DNA of 64,000 nt, from assembly GCF_009914755.1 (NCBI RefSeq), contig NC_060937.1. The stretch is one strand, 5' to 3'. Position numbers and translations under genes: made by a program. This document shows, in pieces, positions 1-16,189 of this stretch (positions are counted from its first letter, which is position 1; each line of letters opens with the position of its first letter). The DNA comes from the human T2T-CHM13v2.0 reference genome, Homo sapiens. A model generated the notes under the pieces. The model was not told the DNA's origin. It saw nothing but the letters and a program-made list of their open reading frames with translations, and searched no databases.

Positions 1-40
1 AGAAATGAAGTCAGAAACATTAGTAGTTGGATAAATATCT

Positions 41-120
41 TTTTGTTCACCATTCTATTCCTAATTCCTGGAATAGTTCCTGACATATAATAGGTACTCA
101 ATAAATTATAGTTGAATAAA
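41..120 (+). mobile_element. L2 LINE 3' end fragment
   Basis: ttgttcac...cctggaatagttcctgacatataataggtactcaataaattatagttgaataaa resembles the L2 3' terminus (recalled consensus). Confidence 0.55.
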
Positions 121-1399
121 TTTAAAAGTTCATGGATGAACGTAACTGGAAGTACTCCATCCTGATTCTTAGAAGCCATTTTCAAACTGAGAGCTCTAAC
201 AATTACTTAACTATACGTGGACCGGACTATAACCATTTGAATATACACCACGAAAGTGGAACCAAATGTATTCCTTACTCTCCTTAATCATAACCTTATT
301 CCAAAAGCACCTGCAACCACATTTATGCAAATGGACAGCAAGCTAAGTCTCATGGAGAGGGAAAGGAAGAGTAAAAATAGACACCATCTTCATTTAAAAA
401 ATCTTTTAAAGACATAAAAATCATAGTGAACACCTTGCTAAAGCCCTGTGAAGGGGCTTATGCAATGAGGAGACATGCATCTTTACCTTCATTGGCTTTA
501 TGGAAAATTCATCTCTGAATCTACACTCATGCTCAAGATGATTCTTCTCAAGCAGAATGTCAGAAGTCTGCTGTGTAACTAAACAAGTTATATTTTTCAT
601 AGAACTACAGTCTTCTTCATTTACTTTTAGTAGATTGCACCTCTGCTAATCTGGAGATAGCAACTGGTGGCATTCAGAAGTAATGACATGATATTAATTT
701 ACTAGACTCAACCAACACTAGGTTTGCCATCCTGAAAATTATTCATGAAACCCACCTGGTCACAGTCAGCTCCAGATCTTTTCTTTCTTTTATAGTTTTA
801 GGCCTTAATACACATTTCTATATACTGGATTTATTCCATAATGTTAAGTGTTGTGCACCCAATTTGGAGATAATACCTAATTCATTTTTGTGTTCTCAAT
901 GCCTAGTACATTTTTGAGCAAGCATAATCTTAATAAATATTTGCAAAATCAATTAATTAAAAATACTCATGTAAATGCAGAGATTTTCAGTGTAGAAGAC
1001 AACATCTAAGAGTACATGCAGTTACGTGTACATGCAGTCACATGTAGGCTGCTACAATGCTATCATAGTTTTACAACTGAAATCTTTGTATCTGCTTCCT
1101 TGTATCTATTTTTATGAACTGCTTCCTTGTATCTATTTTTTAATAGAATATCCATATTTATATCCATATATATAAGATATATATATATACACACACACAC
1201 TAGAAATATACAATGAACATACTGCATAGAAATGAACTATATTTTATATATGTATATACATCTTGACAGCATGGTTCTGCAGATACTCTGCCTTTCTTTT
1301 TGAGGTGATTTTTTTCCCATCTTTATATTGCACACTCTATTCAACCTCCACGGATTGTTTTTCACTTCTATAAAGATAAAATGTACATTCTTTCATTAA

Positions 1400-1750
1400 C
1401 TCGCTTTGCACTCCTTCTGGTTTATTTCACCATAATATGAACTTGACTGGTTTTTGTTTTCAGAGTTTTAGCAAATTTTTACATGAAGGCATTTCCTGAC
1501 CATTGTACCTAAAGTAACTTTTATTTCTGTAGTTATTTCATCCTACTCTCTTCCCCATAACATTGCTCTATCTCTGAAATTATCTTGTCTATCTAAAAAT
1601 TTTCAAGTATCTTTCAAACCACTTTGGAAAAAGTAGCTTCTTGTATAAAGAGACTTTCTTTGCTATCTTATGTATAATATGTTCTCATTGTCTACAAGAG
1701 TGCCTCACAAAAAAGTTTCACAATAAGTATTTGTAGAATGAGTGGATAAT
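1400..1750 (+). mobile_element. Degraded L2 3' region
   Basis: gaaggcatttcctgacc...agagtgcctcac...caataagtatttgtagaatgagtgga; ends approximate. Confidence 0.4.
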
Positions 1751-3470
1751 CATAACAGTGGGAAAATAACAATAAAAATGTAATTTGCTTATTAAATTTT
1801 AAATTTAATTTCTATATTTGGGTTACATTACCAAATATATTATGTAGAGTATAAAACTAAATATTATGAATTTTATAATTGTACAGTGATAATATTTTAA
1901 ATTTATATGCCTTATAAAATTATTTATAAAAGCTATTGATTTTTCCCCATTCATTATGTTATACAATTTACTTCAAAAGAATCACAGGGTACAAATGAGT
2001 TTAATTCAACTAGATAAGACTACCATTTAATTTCCCCAGCACAAAGAGCTAACAAAATCTTTTTCAGAATGATATACAATAAAACTCAAACGTATTTTGC
2101 TGCCATGCAAATTCAAAAAGAGAACCCATAAAAAACAAATATTGCATCATCTACCTTATCACTATCCAATAGTTCCTACTAAAATTGCTTAAAATAAATA
2201 AATGATAAGTAAACAATTGGTGTTAAGAGTTATAACCACATGATTTTAAAATATTAAGTGCACAAATGCAATAAAACATAAGCTAAATTTATTTGTGTTC
2301 ATTATTAAACCTCATTAAAGTTGAATCAAATATTTTCCTCCATGTTAAAGGCAGTTTTTAATGAAAACATGTTTTTACAAGGCCATAGCGTATTTACATA
2401 GAAACAACATTTACAAAAATGTTGAAAGGCTTAAGTCAATAAATATATCTCCAACATTCTAGAAATTTAAGAAATAGAGGACAGTTAAACACAACTTTTA
2501 TATTTTTTCTCAAAATTGGCATTGAGTTAACTTGTATTTTGAGAATCAAAGAAAGCCTAGGTCAATAAAATCCCACAGGATAATAGACATTAGTAAAAAA
2601 TGAGGATGGTAAATTATACACTGAAATGTTATTTGTGTCTTTTTTTCATAGAAAAAAACAAATTATATAAATTATATGTTTGAATATATAAAGGTAATTT
2701 TAAATTAATTTTATTTTGCAGCCCTTTTCTGTTGTCCATAAAATGCCGATAGTTTTTTCCTCCAAGATGGCAGAGTATAGGTTTTCACCATGGCTGAGAC
2801 ATGTGGAAATTGCAAAATAGTGCATAAAGATCAACTCTATTAGCTTTAATTTAAGAAGAAAAACAGGAATCCACCAGAATTGTGAAGGACTCCAGATCCC
2901 CAGGAGAGATCACAGTCAAGTAGCATCCAGCTGATAAAAGTTAGTGAAGTCCCAGTATGTGAGAGACATAGAAAGCCTCCTTCTGTGACTCACTTTTCCA
3001 CTGAAGATCCAAGCAACCCAACTTGCAGGAGAGTACTTCATTTTTCCTAAGCCCTAGAGCTAACTTGGGAAGAGCCTTGGAGATATTATGAGGAAAAGAT
3101 ACTAGAAAAAGCTGCAGACATTTTCCCAGACCTAGGACTGAGAGCATAACATAATTTTTAATCCAGGTGCATACAAAGTCAGCCATTCTTTAGTGGGTCA
3201 GCAGCATGGCCACACAGGCATTTCAGACTTGGGCCAGAGATTGGAGTGCCTGCTCTGGATCAGGGTAGGATCCTTCACAGCCAGAATTGTGGAAAGCACC
3301 TCAACAGTAGGTGCTCAAGTTGTGTTTTTACTCATTGCAAACCTGGGGTGGGAGAAAAACTGCTACAGCTGCAGTTTATCCTGGGTGGTAAGACTTACAG
3401 CCAACGCCAGCTTTGTTACCTGGAACTGGTTTATGTGTGTCATTACTGGGTGCCCCAGCCTGCTCCCCTG

Positions 3471-3900
3471 AGATTGTGGTGAAGTGGATTCCTCTCTGAT
3501 CCACTTACAGGCAGAAATTCAGGCATTTGGAGCACCCACTTGCCTCAGCCAGCAGCCTGAGATTCCTCACCCTTCATGGACATAGACTGTGGTGCAGTGG
3601 GGCCCTCTGCACTTCATGCCCAAGCAGGTTTCCAGACATTCAGAGAATCCGTTTGCCTGGTGCAGCAGCATGAGTCACTACACACTTTCTGGGCACTGAT
3701 TGTAGTGCAGCAAGGGCCTCTCCACTCTATGCCCAGGCAGATCTTCAGGCTTTCAGAGAACCTGCTTGCCTGGTTCAGCAGCCTCAGTTGCCCAACATCT
3801 CCTGGGCAGAAATCTTGTTGCAGAAGGCCCTTCTCTGCTCCAAACCAGGCAGATCTCCAGATATCTGTCATTACCACTCTCCTGGTATACGAGCTTAGGC
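3471..3900 (+). repeat. ~113-bp diverged tandem repeat (about 4 units) in the L1 5'UTR
   Basis: Unit starts agattgtggt (3471), agactgtggt (3584), tgattgtagt (3697), aatcttgttg (~3811), each followed by ...caggcag...ttgcc...agcagc. Confidence 0.7.
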
Positions 3901-5118
3901 TACCTTTGATTCCCATGCAGAGAAAATTAGGCCAATAAAGTTTTCCAGCTCCAAACACAGGAACACCTCTGGGCACTTGGGGGCCGCCCACTAGATTCTT
4001 TATTGACAGTGATGCTTGTGCCAGCCATCAGGAGATGTGTAGGATGACAACCTGCTTAGTACATTGCTATCAATCATGGACTCATACCTCCAGTGCTGAG
4101 CAGCAAGCATAGACCACTGTACATTTCATTAACTGTCTCATTGCCTGAGGCAATAGAGAGCTTCTGCCAGTAAACAAGGATCAAGTATATACCTAGCCAT
4201 GTTGGCTGCAGATGGCTGTTACCTATAAGTGCAATCTACTTGCTTGTAGATCAAAGTATATTGCCAAGTATAAAACCTGCAGAAAGAAGTGCATAGGGCT
4301 ATAGTAGAAAAGCTAAAAGACTGTAATAAGAATTCTCTACAGTTGCACTCCTTAGGGAGCAGGCTAAGGGAAAGGAAAGGGAAAAAAATATAATATAATG
4401 GAGAAAAAAATAAAAATCCTACTTGCATAAAAATAATTTTAATAATTATAGAAGCCCATATCTACAGAGGAGAAGAAACAGGAGAAAATAATTGGCACCA
4501 TAAAAAATCCGAATGTAGTGACATTACCAATGGATTGCACTAGCTCTCTAGCAATGGTCCCTAACCAAAATTAAAACTCAGATATGACAGAAAGACAGAT
4601 GAAGAAATAACATACTCAGAAATGATAGATAAAAAATTCAAACTATGAATTGTGGGGAAGCTCAAAAAAAACAAAGACAGGGTTGAAAATCAACACAAAG
4701 AAACTTCTCAAGAAATTCACTATATGCATGAAGAGATAAATATCTTAAAAAGGAATCAGTCAGAGAATCTGGAATTGAAAAGCTCACTCAAGGAATTTTG
4801 AAATACAATTGAAAGCTTTATCAACAGTTTGGCCCAAGCAAAATAAGGAATTTTGGAGCTTGAAGACTGGTCTTTTGAGCTAATCCAGTCAGATAAAAAA
4901 GTAATAATAATAATAATAATAATAATGAACAAAGTCTTCAAGAAATATGGAATTATATAAAGCCAGTCAACATACAAATTATTGAAATTTCTGATGGAGA
5001 AAGAGAAAAAGTTAAAAAACCTGGGAAACATTAGAGAAAATAAAATATTTCTAGAAAGTTTCCCTGACTGTGCTAGGGAGGGAGACATCCAGATATAAGA
5101 AATCCGGAGAATCGCCTG

Positions 5119-5488
5119 TGTATTAGTCTGTTTTCACATTGCTATAAAAAACTACCTGAAACTGGGTAATTTATTAAGAAAAGAGGTTTAATGGACTTAC
5201 AGTTCTGCAGGTTGTACAGAAAGTATGGCTGGGAGGCACCAGAAAACTTACAAATATGGCAGAAGATGAAGGGAAAGAAATTACATCTTACATGGCAGGA
5301 GCAAGAGTAAGAGAAAGTTAAAGGGGAAGTGCTACACACTTTTAAACAACCAGCTCTTTTGGGAACTCACTCACTATCATGAGAACAGCAAGGGAGAGTC
5401 AATCACTTCCCACTAGTCCCTTCCTCCAACACGGCAGATTACAATTCCACATAAGATTTGGGTAAGGACACAGAGCCAAACCATATCA
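5119..5488 (-). mobile_element. MSTA-type MaLR solo LTR inserted in L1 ORF1
   Basis: tgtattagtctgttttcac...agccaaaccatatca; 5-bp TSD gcctg (5114-5118) / acctg (5489-5493). Confidence 0.9.
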
Positions 5489-5687
5489 ACCTGTGAGACA
5501 CTATACAAAATGAACATCACTTATGCATATAATCACCAGACTGTCCATGGTCAATGCTAAAGAAAATATAAGAACAGCTAGAGAAAAGGGTCCAATCACA
5601 TACAAAGGGAACCGCATAAGGCTAACAGTGTGATTCTCAGCAGAAATTTCATAAAACAGGAGATAGTGGGAGCCTATTATCAGCCTT

Positions 5688-6091
5688 CTGATTACTCTGG
5701 CTATGACTTCCAATACTATGTTATACAGGAGAAGTAAGACTCAGCATCCTTGTCTTTTTCTAGTTCTCAAGGAGAATGCCTCCCATTTTTGCCCATTTAG
5801 TATAATATTAGCTGTTTGTTTGTCATAGATGGCTCTTATTATTTTGAGGTGTGTTCCTTTGATGCCTAGTTTCTTGAGACTTTTTATCATGAAGTTAAGT
5901 TGAATTTTATTGGAAGCTTTTTTGTATCTGTTGAGGTAATTATATGGTTTTCACAGGTAATTCTGCTCATGTAGTGAATCACATTTATTGATTTACATAT
6001 ATTAAACCATCCTTCCATCCCACTTACGCAGTCTGTTTGAACATGGTGAACTAACTTTTTGATGTGCAGCTGAATTGGGTTGGCTAGTATT
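5688..6091 (-). mobile_element. Inverted L1 ORF2 (RT-region) fragment embedded in ORF1
   Basis: Reverse complement aacatagtattggaagtcatagccagagtaatcag matches plus-strand ORF2 at 7657-7691 (aacatagcgttggaagttctggccagggcaatcag). Confidence 0.85.
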
Positions 6092-6140
6092 CCAACTAAG
6101 AATTTTATATCCCACCAAACTAAGCTTCATGAGTGAAGAG

Positions 6141-6616
6141 GCACCTGCAGTCCCATGCTGAGCTTCCCTCATCCCACATGCTCATTGGTGCCCAAAGTCC
6201 AGAGAGAGTGCCAAGGTGCCAGGGGCCCAATGTGTCAGCACCGCCCTGAGTGTGCACAGACCCAGCCAGGTCACAACACCACCTAGGATCTCCCTCAACT
6301 TTGTTCTTAAATCAGAGTGGGTGCTGGGAGCAGGGAGAGGCCAGGCAGGAGGAGCAGGCATTTCTGAGCCTGTGGGGTCAGGGGGACTTCCCAGGCTCTG
6401 GAGAATGTAGGAATGCCTGGGTCTGCAGCCACAGATGGGTAGATTCAGCTGTGCCTTGAAGGGCAGGGCTCCTACCCTGCCAACTTGGAAGGGAATGAGG
6501 CTTCTGCTTGTTTCTGGCTCCCATTGGCTTGTGAAACATGCAGCCCCAGCCATGCCTCCCCTGCTGCAGCTGGCATCTTCACAGAAGCCATTTCAGATAG
6601 GCCACTGCTGCTATCA
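6141..6616 (-). mobile_element. MER52-type ERV1 LTR, 5' portion only
   Basis: GC-rich block; reverse complement begins tgatagcagcagtggc like the MER52 5' terminus; other end truncated against L1 ORF1. Confidence 0.75.
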
Positions 6617-7446
6617 CAAACACAAAGGTCAATGAAACAGAATAGAGAACACAGAAATAAAGCTGCACACCTATAACCATCTGCTCTTTGACAAAGTTGA
6701 CAAAAATAAGCAATGGAGAAAGGACTTCCTATTCAATAAATTGTGCTGAGATAGCTGGCTAGCTATATGCAGAAGAATGTAACTGGATCCTTACCTTTCA
6801 CCATATGCAAAAAATTAATTCAAGATGGGTTAAAGATTTAAATTAAAAACCTCAAATTACAAGAATCACAGGAGAAAACCTTTGGCTCATCCTGGACATC
6901 ATACTTGAGAAAGAATTTATGACTAAGGCCTCAAAAGCAATTGCAACAAAAATAAAAATTAACAAGTAAGACCTAATTAAATTAAAGAGCATCTGAACAG
7001 AAGAAAAAAGCTATCAATGGAGTAGATAGACAATCTAGAGAATGGGAGGAAATATTTGCAAACTATACATCTATAAAAGGTCTAATATCCAAAAATCTAA
7101 GGAAATTAAATAATTCAAGAAAGAAAAACAAATAACTTCTTTAAAAAGTGGGCAAAAGACATAAACAGACACCTCTTTAAAGAAGACAGACAAGTGGCCA
7201 AAAAACATGAAAAAATGCTCAAAATAACAAACCATCAGAGAAATGCAAATCAAAACCTCAATAGGATATTATTTCACACCAGTCAAAATAGCTATTACTT
7301 AAAAAATCAAAAAACAACAGATGCTGGTAAGGCTGTGGAGAAAAGTGAATGCTTATACACTTTTGGTGAGAATGCAAATTAATTTAGCCACTGTGGAAAG
7401 CAGTTTAGAGATTTCTAAAATAACTTAAAACAGAAATGCAATTTGA

Positions 7447-9703
<2,257 letters not shown>

Positions 9704-10099
9704 AGAAAATGTTGTACCTATACACCATGCAATACTATGCTGCAATAAAAAAGAATGAAATTATGTCCTTAGCGACCACATGGATGCAGCTGGAGGTCAT
9801 TATCCTAAGCCAATTAATCTAGAATAGAAAACCAAATAGTGCATTTTCTCGCTTATGAGAGCCAAACATTGAGTTCTCATGGACATATAGATGGCAACAA
9901 ATGGCCACAGTATAAACTGGGGACTACTGGAAGGGAGAGGGAGAGAAGAGGGCAAGATTTCAAAAGTTAAAACTTGGGTACTATGCTCAGTACTTGGGTG
10001 ATGGGATCATTTGTAACCCAAATCTCAGCATCAGGCAATATACCCAGGTAATAAACCTGCATATGTACTCCCTGAATCGAAAATAAAATTTTAAGAAAA

Positions 10100-10443
10100 T
10101 TATCTTTGCAGATATTTTTAAGTTAAAGATCTTGACATCGGAAAATTATCCTGCATTATCTGAGTGCATGCATGCAATTATAAATGTCTTTGTAACAGAC
10201 AGGTAGAGAGAAATTTTACCCATCCAGAAATGTAGGCGATAACCATGGAGGCAGCTATTGGAGTGATGTGGCTACAAACCAAAGAATGCTGATAGCCTAT
10301 GAGAGAATGGAAGAGATGGGAAATAGACTCTTCCCAGGCACCTCTGGACAGTGTGTGGCCATCCTGCTACACTGATTTCAGCCTTGATACTAATTTCAGA
10401 CTTTTGGCCCTAGAACTGTGAGATAATAAATTTCAGTGTTTTG
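10100..10443 (+). mobile_element. MLT1 (C/D-type) LTR fragment, truncated at both ends and followed by an A-rich tail
   Basis: ctttgcagat...aagttaaagatcttga...attatcctgcattatc...cttttggccctagaactgtgagataataaatttcagtgttttg then aaaaataaaataaagtaaaataaaa. Confidence 0.8.
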
Positions 10444-12431
10444 AAAAATAAAATAAAGTAAAATAAAATACTGATATTTAACTCACATATATTGACTGCT
10501 ACTATTGGCTACTCAAAATACTATGTGTTTTCTGTTCTGTTCTATGTGGATTTATTAGGCTAGCCACTATTACCTAAGTTTATAAATATGAATAAATTGT
10601 TTTTCTTGCCCTCAAATATTTTACTATAACCATGAAAATACAGAAATATTTAAATATAATTTAATTTACATGTAATAAGTGATATTATAGAGCTTGGATT
10701 AGTATTCCAGAAGAACAACACAACATCTAACCATTTATGTTTTTGGTGGAGGGGGATTGTTGTTGGTTTGTTATATCAGGCGATATTTACCAAGAGTGTG
10801 AAATCTAAGATCTCTTAAAGAATTAGAATAATCAGTCATTAATGACTAGAAATGGAAACCTCCTACCCTCACCTTCCTACATATGTGACAAAATGAGTAA
10901 TGTAAACACACTGTGTAAGTGGAACATTTGTTGCCTACTTAGAAAATAAAGGAGTTTAGTGTTTTATAAGAATAACATAAAAGGGAAGACAGTGCCAGCT
11001 CATAAATGTTTTAATGTTTCATTTCACAAAAATTAAAGTCAGAGCCATGAAGAGGTAGGCATTGCTTGGATATTAAGAGGAATTGTGGTTTAATCACATT
11101 TACATATAGATAAACTGTTCTACTAGCATTAAGGTAGATACCCAATGTGTAAATTCCAAAGAAATGGACTATTTAGGTAGGTTTTGGGAGCATTCAAGAG
11201 GCCAACAATTTAAACACTGTCACTTCATCCTCAAAATATTTTCTTGAAATGCCAAATATCTGCTTCATTTTACAGATTAAGACATTTATATTCAGAGAGG
11301 TTGCATTGTTTTATTTGATTCAGTTATCCCTGGTATGTATGCATAATTGTCAATTTAACAATTCTTTTCCAAAAAAATATAATATTTGTCCAGCAATGAA
11401 TACAAATTCTCAACCAGAGCTGATTCCAGGTTTCCTGCCAGGGTGGACAGTAAGTTTCTATTGCCTGAGAATTGCTAAACTGCTGAGTCCATACAGACTT
11501 GTGTGCCTCAGGTGGCTCAAATCATAGGTTATAAATTGTGCACTACATAGTGTTCCAGATAACCCATTCCAAGAAATGATATTTCTCTGCATCTTAATAA
11601 GAGTTTAGTGTACGTTGAATAAATAATAGAGTGCTTATTGCTCCTTTCTTATCCTTAACTTACTCCCTTTTAAATAAGCTTTTGCAAGTACACTTTGTTT
11701 CTGAACATAGAACCATTCCTATCTGGACTCCATGTAAGAACAAAACACTAACTCATTACATTAAGAAAAAAGGAAGTAATTAAATTTAAACTTCAAGTTC
11801 TCCAGAATAAAACATTCTAATCTTCTTCTTCCAGCAAACCACTTTCTGCATCCATCACAGACCCTACAAGCCACTGTTTTGATCATACCAGCAAAAAGAT
11901 TCCTGGTTATATATCCCTATGCCCCCCTCATAGGACTACCCAGTGGAAAATTTAGGATGTATTTCAGAAGTGAATATTTAAAGACGATATTACAGCTTAG
12001 TCTTCCTTCTCAAGAGAGAAAATCCAGTCGTCCCATATAGCCATCCATTTTTAGCAAAGAAAATACATAAAAACTCAGGAGGCCATAACAATGCATAACT
12101 ATTTTATTAAAATGTATTTCTCCAAATGCTGGTGACTTATGAAAAAAATGTGCAAATAAAATTTTATTATGCATACTATATGCTGGCTGTTGCTTATTTA
12201 TATTTTCTTCTCTATTTGTTTTAGGCCATGACTAGTCTTGGAGTCTTGCTCAATTATTGTATAAATAAGTCACAGAAAGAAATCATTTTAAATCATTTTC
12301 AGTGAAAGTGATGATTAAATCTATGCCAAGAGTCAGAAAAGATTTAGAAGCTCTGTGAAGACTGGAAATTAGAAACAGAACATATAGATCCTGCTTGGAA
12401 CATTAACTTTATCTAATTATACTTCTCGTAG

Positions 12432-12894
<463 letters not shown>

Positions 12895-13370
12895 TATTTA
12901 TTAACTTTTAATTGTTTCACTTTTTGACCTTATTTTGTAGAAGAAAACTAGCCATCATTATGTATGATTGCAACATCTTGTAATGACATAAATCAAGGAC
13001 CAGTGATTTGTTTCTAAAAAAAAAAAAGCGAAAGGGAAAGTTTATTTTCCGTATAAAGGAGAAATAAACAAAGATAGAAAATTGCAGGGCATGTTGAGCT
13101 TTATAGAATATAATGTTAAATACTTGTATACCTTCAGACACAAATTTCCATCTTTTATTTCATGTTCTTTTTTTGACAGGCAATCTCTTTTAATTGAAAG
13201 ACTTGTTTTTATAAACAATTTTGAAGATATATTTAAATTATTTGTTTTTCAAATATCGTAAGATCATAGATGTTTGTTTTTAAAATTAATTGATTATCCC
13301 TAATTTGTCTTTGATAGATTTTTATACCATGAAGATATTAGAAAAATTTCATTTATATGTTCTCTTAAAT

Positions 13371-13588
13371 CAAGGTTTAAAATCTTTTGTGTAAAAAGCC
13401 AAATAGTAAATCATTTACGACTTGTAGACCTTATGGTTTCTGTCACAACAACGCAGCTGTCATTGTAGCATGCAAGCAGCCATATACAATAAGTAAACAA
13501 GTGGATGTTGTGTTTGAATGTAGCTTTATTTACAAGACCAGGTGGCACTCCATATTTGGCTCTTGGGTCATAGTTTGCTGACTCATGT
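13371..13588 (+). mobile_element. MER58A hAT-Charlie MITE
   Basis: tgtaaaaagccaaatagtaaat...cattgtagcatgcaagcagccatatacaata...ctttatttacaa...catagtttgctgactcatg. Confidence 0.8.
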
Positions 13589-14039
13589 CTGAAGCTATTT
13601 TATTACATATTCATTGAAAACATACAAAACAGAAAACAATTTTTGCCAGTAAATGTGGAAAGTAAGGATAACTATCATTTGCTTGGGTCAAAGTAAATTT
13701 GAGTTGACTGAGAAATAAAATTAGTTACCTGTATGTGCTCACTTTGTCCTTTATAACAGAAAAGCATAGATAGACAGACAAATGAAGTGGTAAGAATCTG
13801 AAACTTGTTTATCAACTTTGTGAATTCGAAATCTTGAATTCTCCACTATGTAGCAAACCATATTTAATTCTGGAAGCCATGAGGATTGGATTTCCACTGA
13901 GTAAAAGTTTGGCTTATTTTTAATATTAATATTTAATGTCCTTATTAGTTTGTGTTAGTTTGGGGTAAATTTTTATTATACAAATCAATAAATAAATTAC
14001 AGTATTTGTTTACATATAAGTGTAAGGTACACATACTAG

Positions 14040-14720
14040 TGCATTTTTTTTTCATTGCTGCCTTAACAAATTATCATACATTTAGTGGCTTAAAACAACA
14101 TTCATTTATTGTCTCATAGTTCTATAGGTCAGAAGTCCAAGTATAGTATAACCCAGTTGGGTCTTCTGCTTAAAGCCTCACAATGTCAAAATGGTAATAT
14201 TAGCAAAGATGTACTCTTTTTCTGGAGGTTCTGTGGATGAATCTGCTGCCAAACTCACTCAGGTTGCTGGCCATATTTATTTCCTCGCACATGTAGGGCT
14301 AATATCTCCATTCCCTTGCAGGCTGTCAGCCATGGGCCTAGAGGCTTAGTTCCCAGCAGCTGCTTGCATCCCTTCCCATGTTTTCTACATCCGTCTTACC
14401 CCCACCTCCAGCAATGATAGGTAGCATTCCACTCGTGCTTGGAAACTCCCCAACCGCTCCTCCTGCCACATCTATTTGATTCTACCTTGAGAAAAAAAGA
14501 AAAAAAAAGGAAAGAAAAAGAAAAGAAAACAAAAATCTCTGTTTTCAAGGGTTCATGTGATTAGATTTTGCTCAACCAGATAATGCAGGATAATCTCCCT
14601 GTTTTGAAATCCTTAACCTCAATGACTTTTGCAGGGCCTTTTCATCATGTACTGTAACTTATTCACAAGTTCCAGGGATTAGGTGGTAGGCATCTTTGGT
14701 GAATCATTCTACCTTCTACA
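14040..14720 (-). mobile_element. MLT1 (D/E-type) MaLR LTR
   Basis: ttgctgccttaacaaattatcatacatttagtggcttaaaacaaca...cacaagttccagggattaggtggtaggcatctttgg...cattctaccttctaca. Confidence 0.8.
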
Positions 14721-15424
14721 ATTAATGATATGATGAACACCAGCATATCTACTTATTGGTTTATGAAATATATCCTTTCTCTTAACTTTAATATATCACC
14801 CATTTCATCCTTTCTCTCCTGCTTCAGGGGTAAACATATTTCTGAATTTTATGTTTATCATTCTTCATGAGAATGGAATTTCTGTTTAATACTGTATGCA
14901 CATTTTCAGCTTTAGTAGATAATAGGAGGTGGAAGATGACTTAATAGGTGATTCATAAATTTACACAACAAAAAAGTATGTGTGTATGTTCCTATTGTTC
15001 CACATACTCACCAAAAATATTGTCATTCGCTTTTTAAAAATGTGGTGGAGATATGATACAGTATGTGATTTATCTAAATAAATATTATTTAGGATAATGA
15101 GCTCCTTTTTATATGGTTATTGAATATTTTATTTTTATTCTTCAGATAAATGCCAATTTTTCTAGTCATTCATTGACTTGGTCTTATTTACTTCTAAAAG
15201 ATTTTTATGTATTTAAATCACATACATTCTACATGTTCTGTCTCAGTTTATGATATGCTTCAAACTTCCTTTAATATTTATGCAGAACAAAAATGTGAGA
15301 AGGAGAGGAATGAGGGCATGGAGCAGGAAGGATGTGGAGAGGGACATTCTCTGAGAATACTTGTTTGTATAAACTGGATTTTAGAGCCATGTTAACATTT
15401 TACCTCCTCAAATAAAAATTGTAA

Positions 15425-15862
15425 TGTGAATAAGCCTTCAGGACATTGTGTTAAGTGAAATAATCAGGCATAGAAAGACAAATACCACCTGATCTCACTT
15501 ATGTGTGCCATCTAAAAGAGTTGTACTCATAAAAGTAGAAAATAGAATGGTGGTTAGCCAAGGCTGGGGATTGGAAGACTAGAGAGATATTGGTCAAAGG
15601 ATACAAAATCTTAGTTCAACTGGAGGAATAAGTTGAAGAGATCTATTCTACATTTTGGTGACTATAATTAATAATAATGTATGGTATACTTGAAAACTGC
15701 TGTGACTAAATTATGTGTTCTCATAACAAAAAGTGATAAGTATGTGAAGTAGTACATATGTTAATTAGCTTGATTTAGCATTTTCACAATCTATACATAT
15801 ATCAAACATTATGTTGCACACTATAAGTAATACAATTTTATCAATCAAAATGTTTTTAAAAA
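15425..15862 (+). mobile_element. L1MA 3' end fragment
   Basis: ggacattgtgttaagtgaaataatcaggcatagaaagacaaatacc...tatgttaattagcttgatttagc... Confidence 0.8.
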
Positions 15863-16189
15863 ATTAATGAAATAAAATGGATAAGGAAAAATACAAAATG
15901 GATATTTAAAAGAAAATATTTCTCTCACCTACATTCACAAAGATATTATATACATTTTCTTTTGTTAATTTTATAGCTTGCTTTAAATATTTTAAAAACA
16001 TAGTTTTAAAATTTCCTCTTTTTTCTGTTATAGGAGATACCCAATTGTATGTTTTTCCAAGGGGGAAACCCATATTCTAATTTCATTTACTAAAGAAATG
16101 CTTCATCCTCTACTGATTTGTCTTTACTTGAGGCTGTCTCCGAGCTCTCTCTCCTCTCTTTATTTAAATATACCAATCTCTCAACAACA

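Noticed and set aside
1092-1140. 22-bp direct repeat with period 27; similar short duplications at ~20409, ~31991, ~42041 and ~48563
   Set aside because: Ordinary slippage duplications of 2-3 copies; not CRISPR-like, no spacer array
3193-3991. Cluster of 78-125 aa ORFs
   Set aside because: GC-richer L1 5'UTR repeats, no protein similarity recognised
6182-6676. Overlapping ORFs in a GC-rich block, possible exon or CpG island
   Set aside because: MER52 LTR sequence, CpG-depleted
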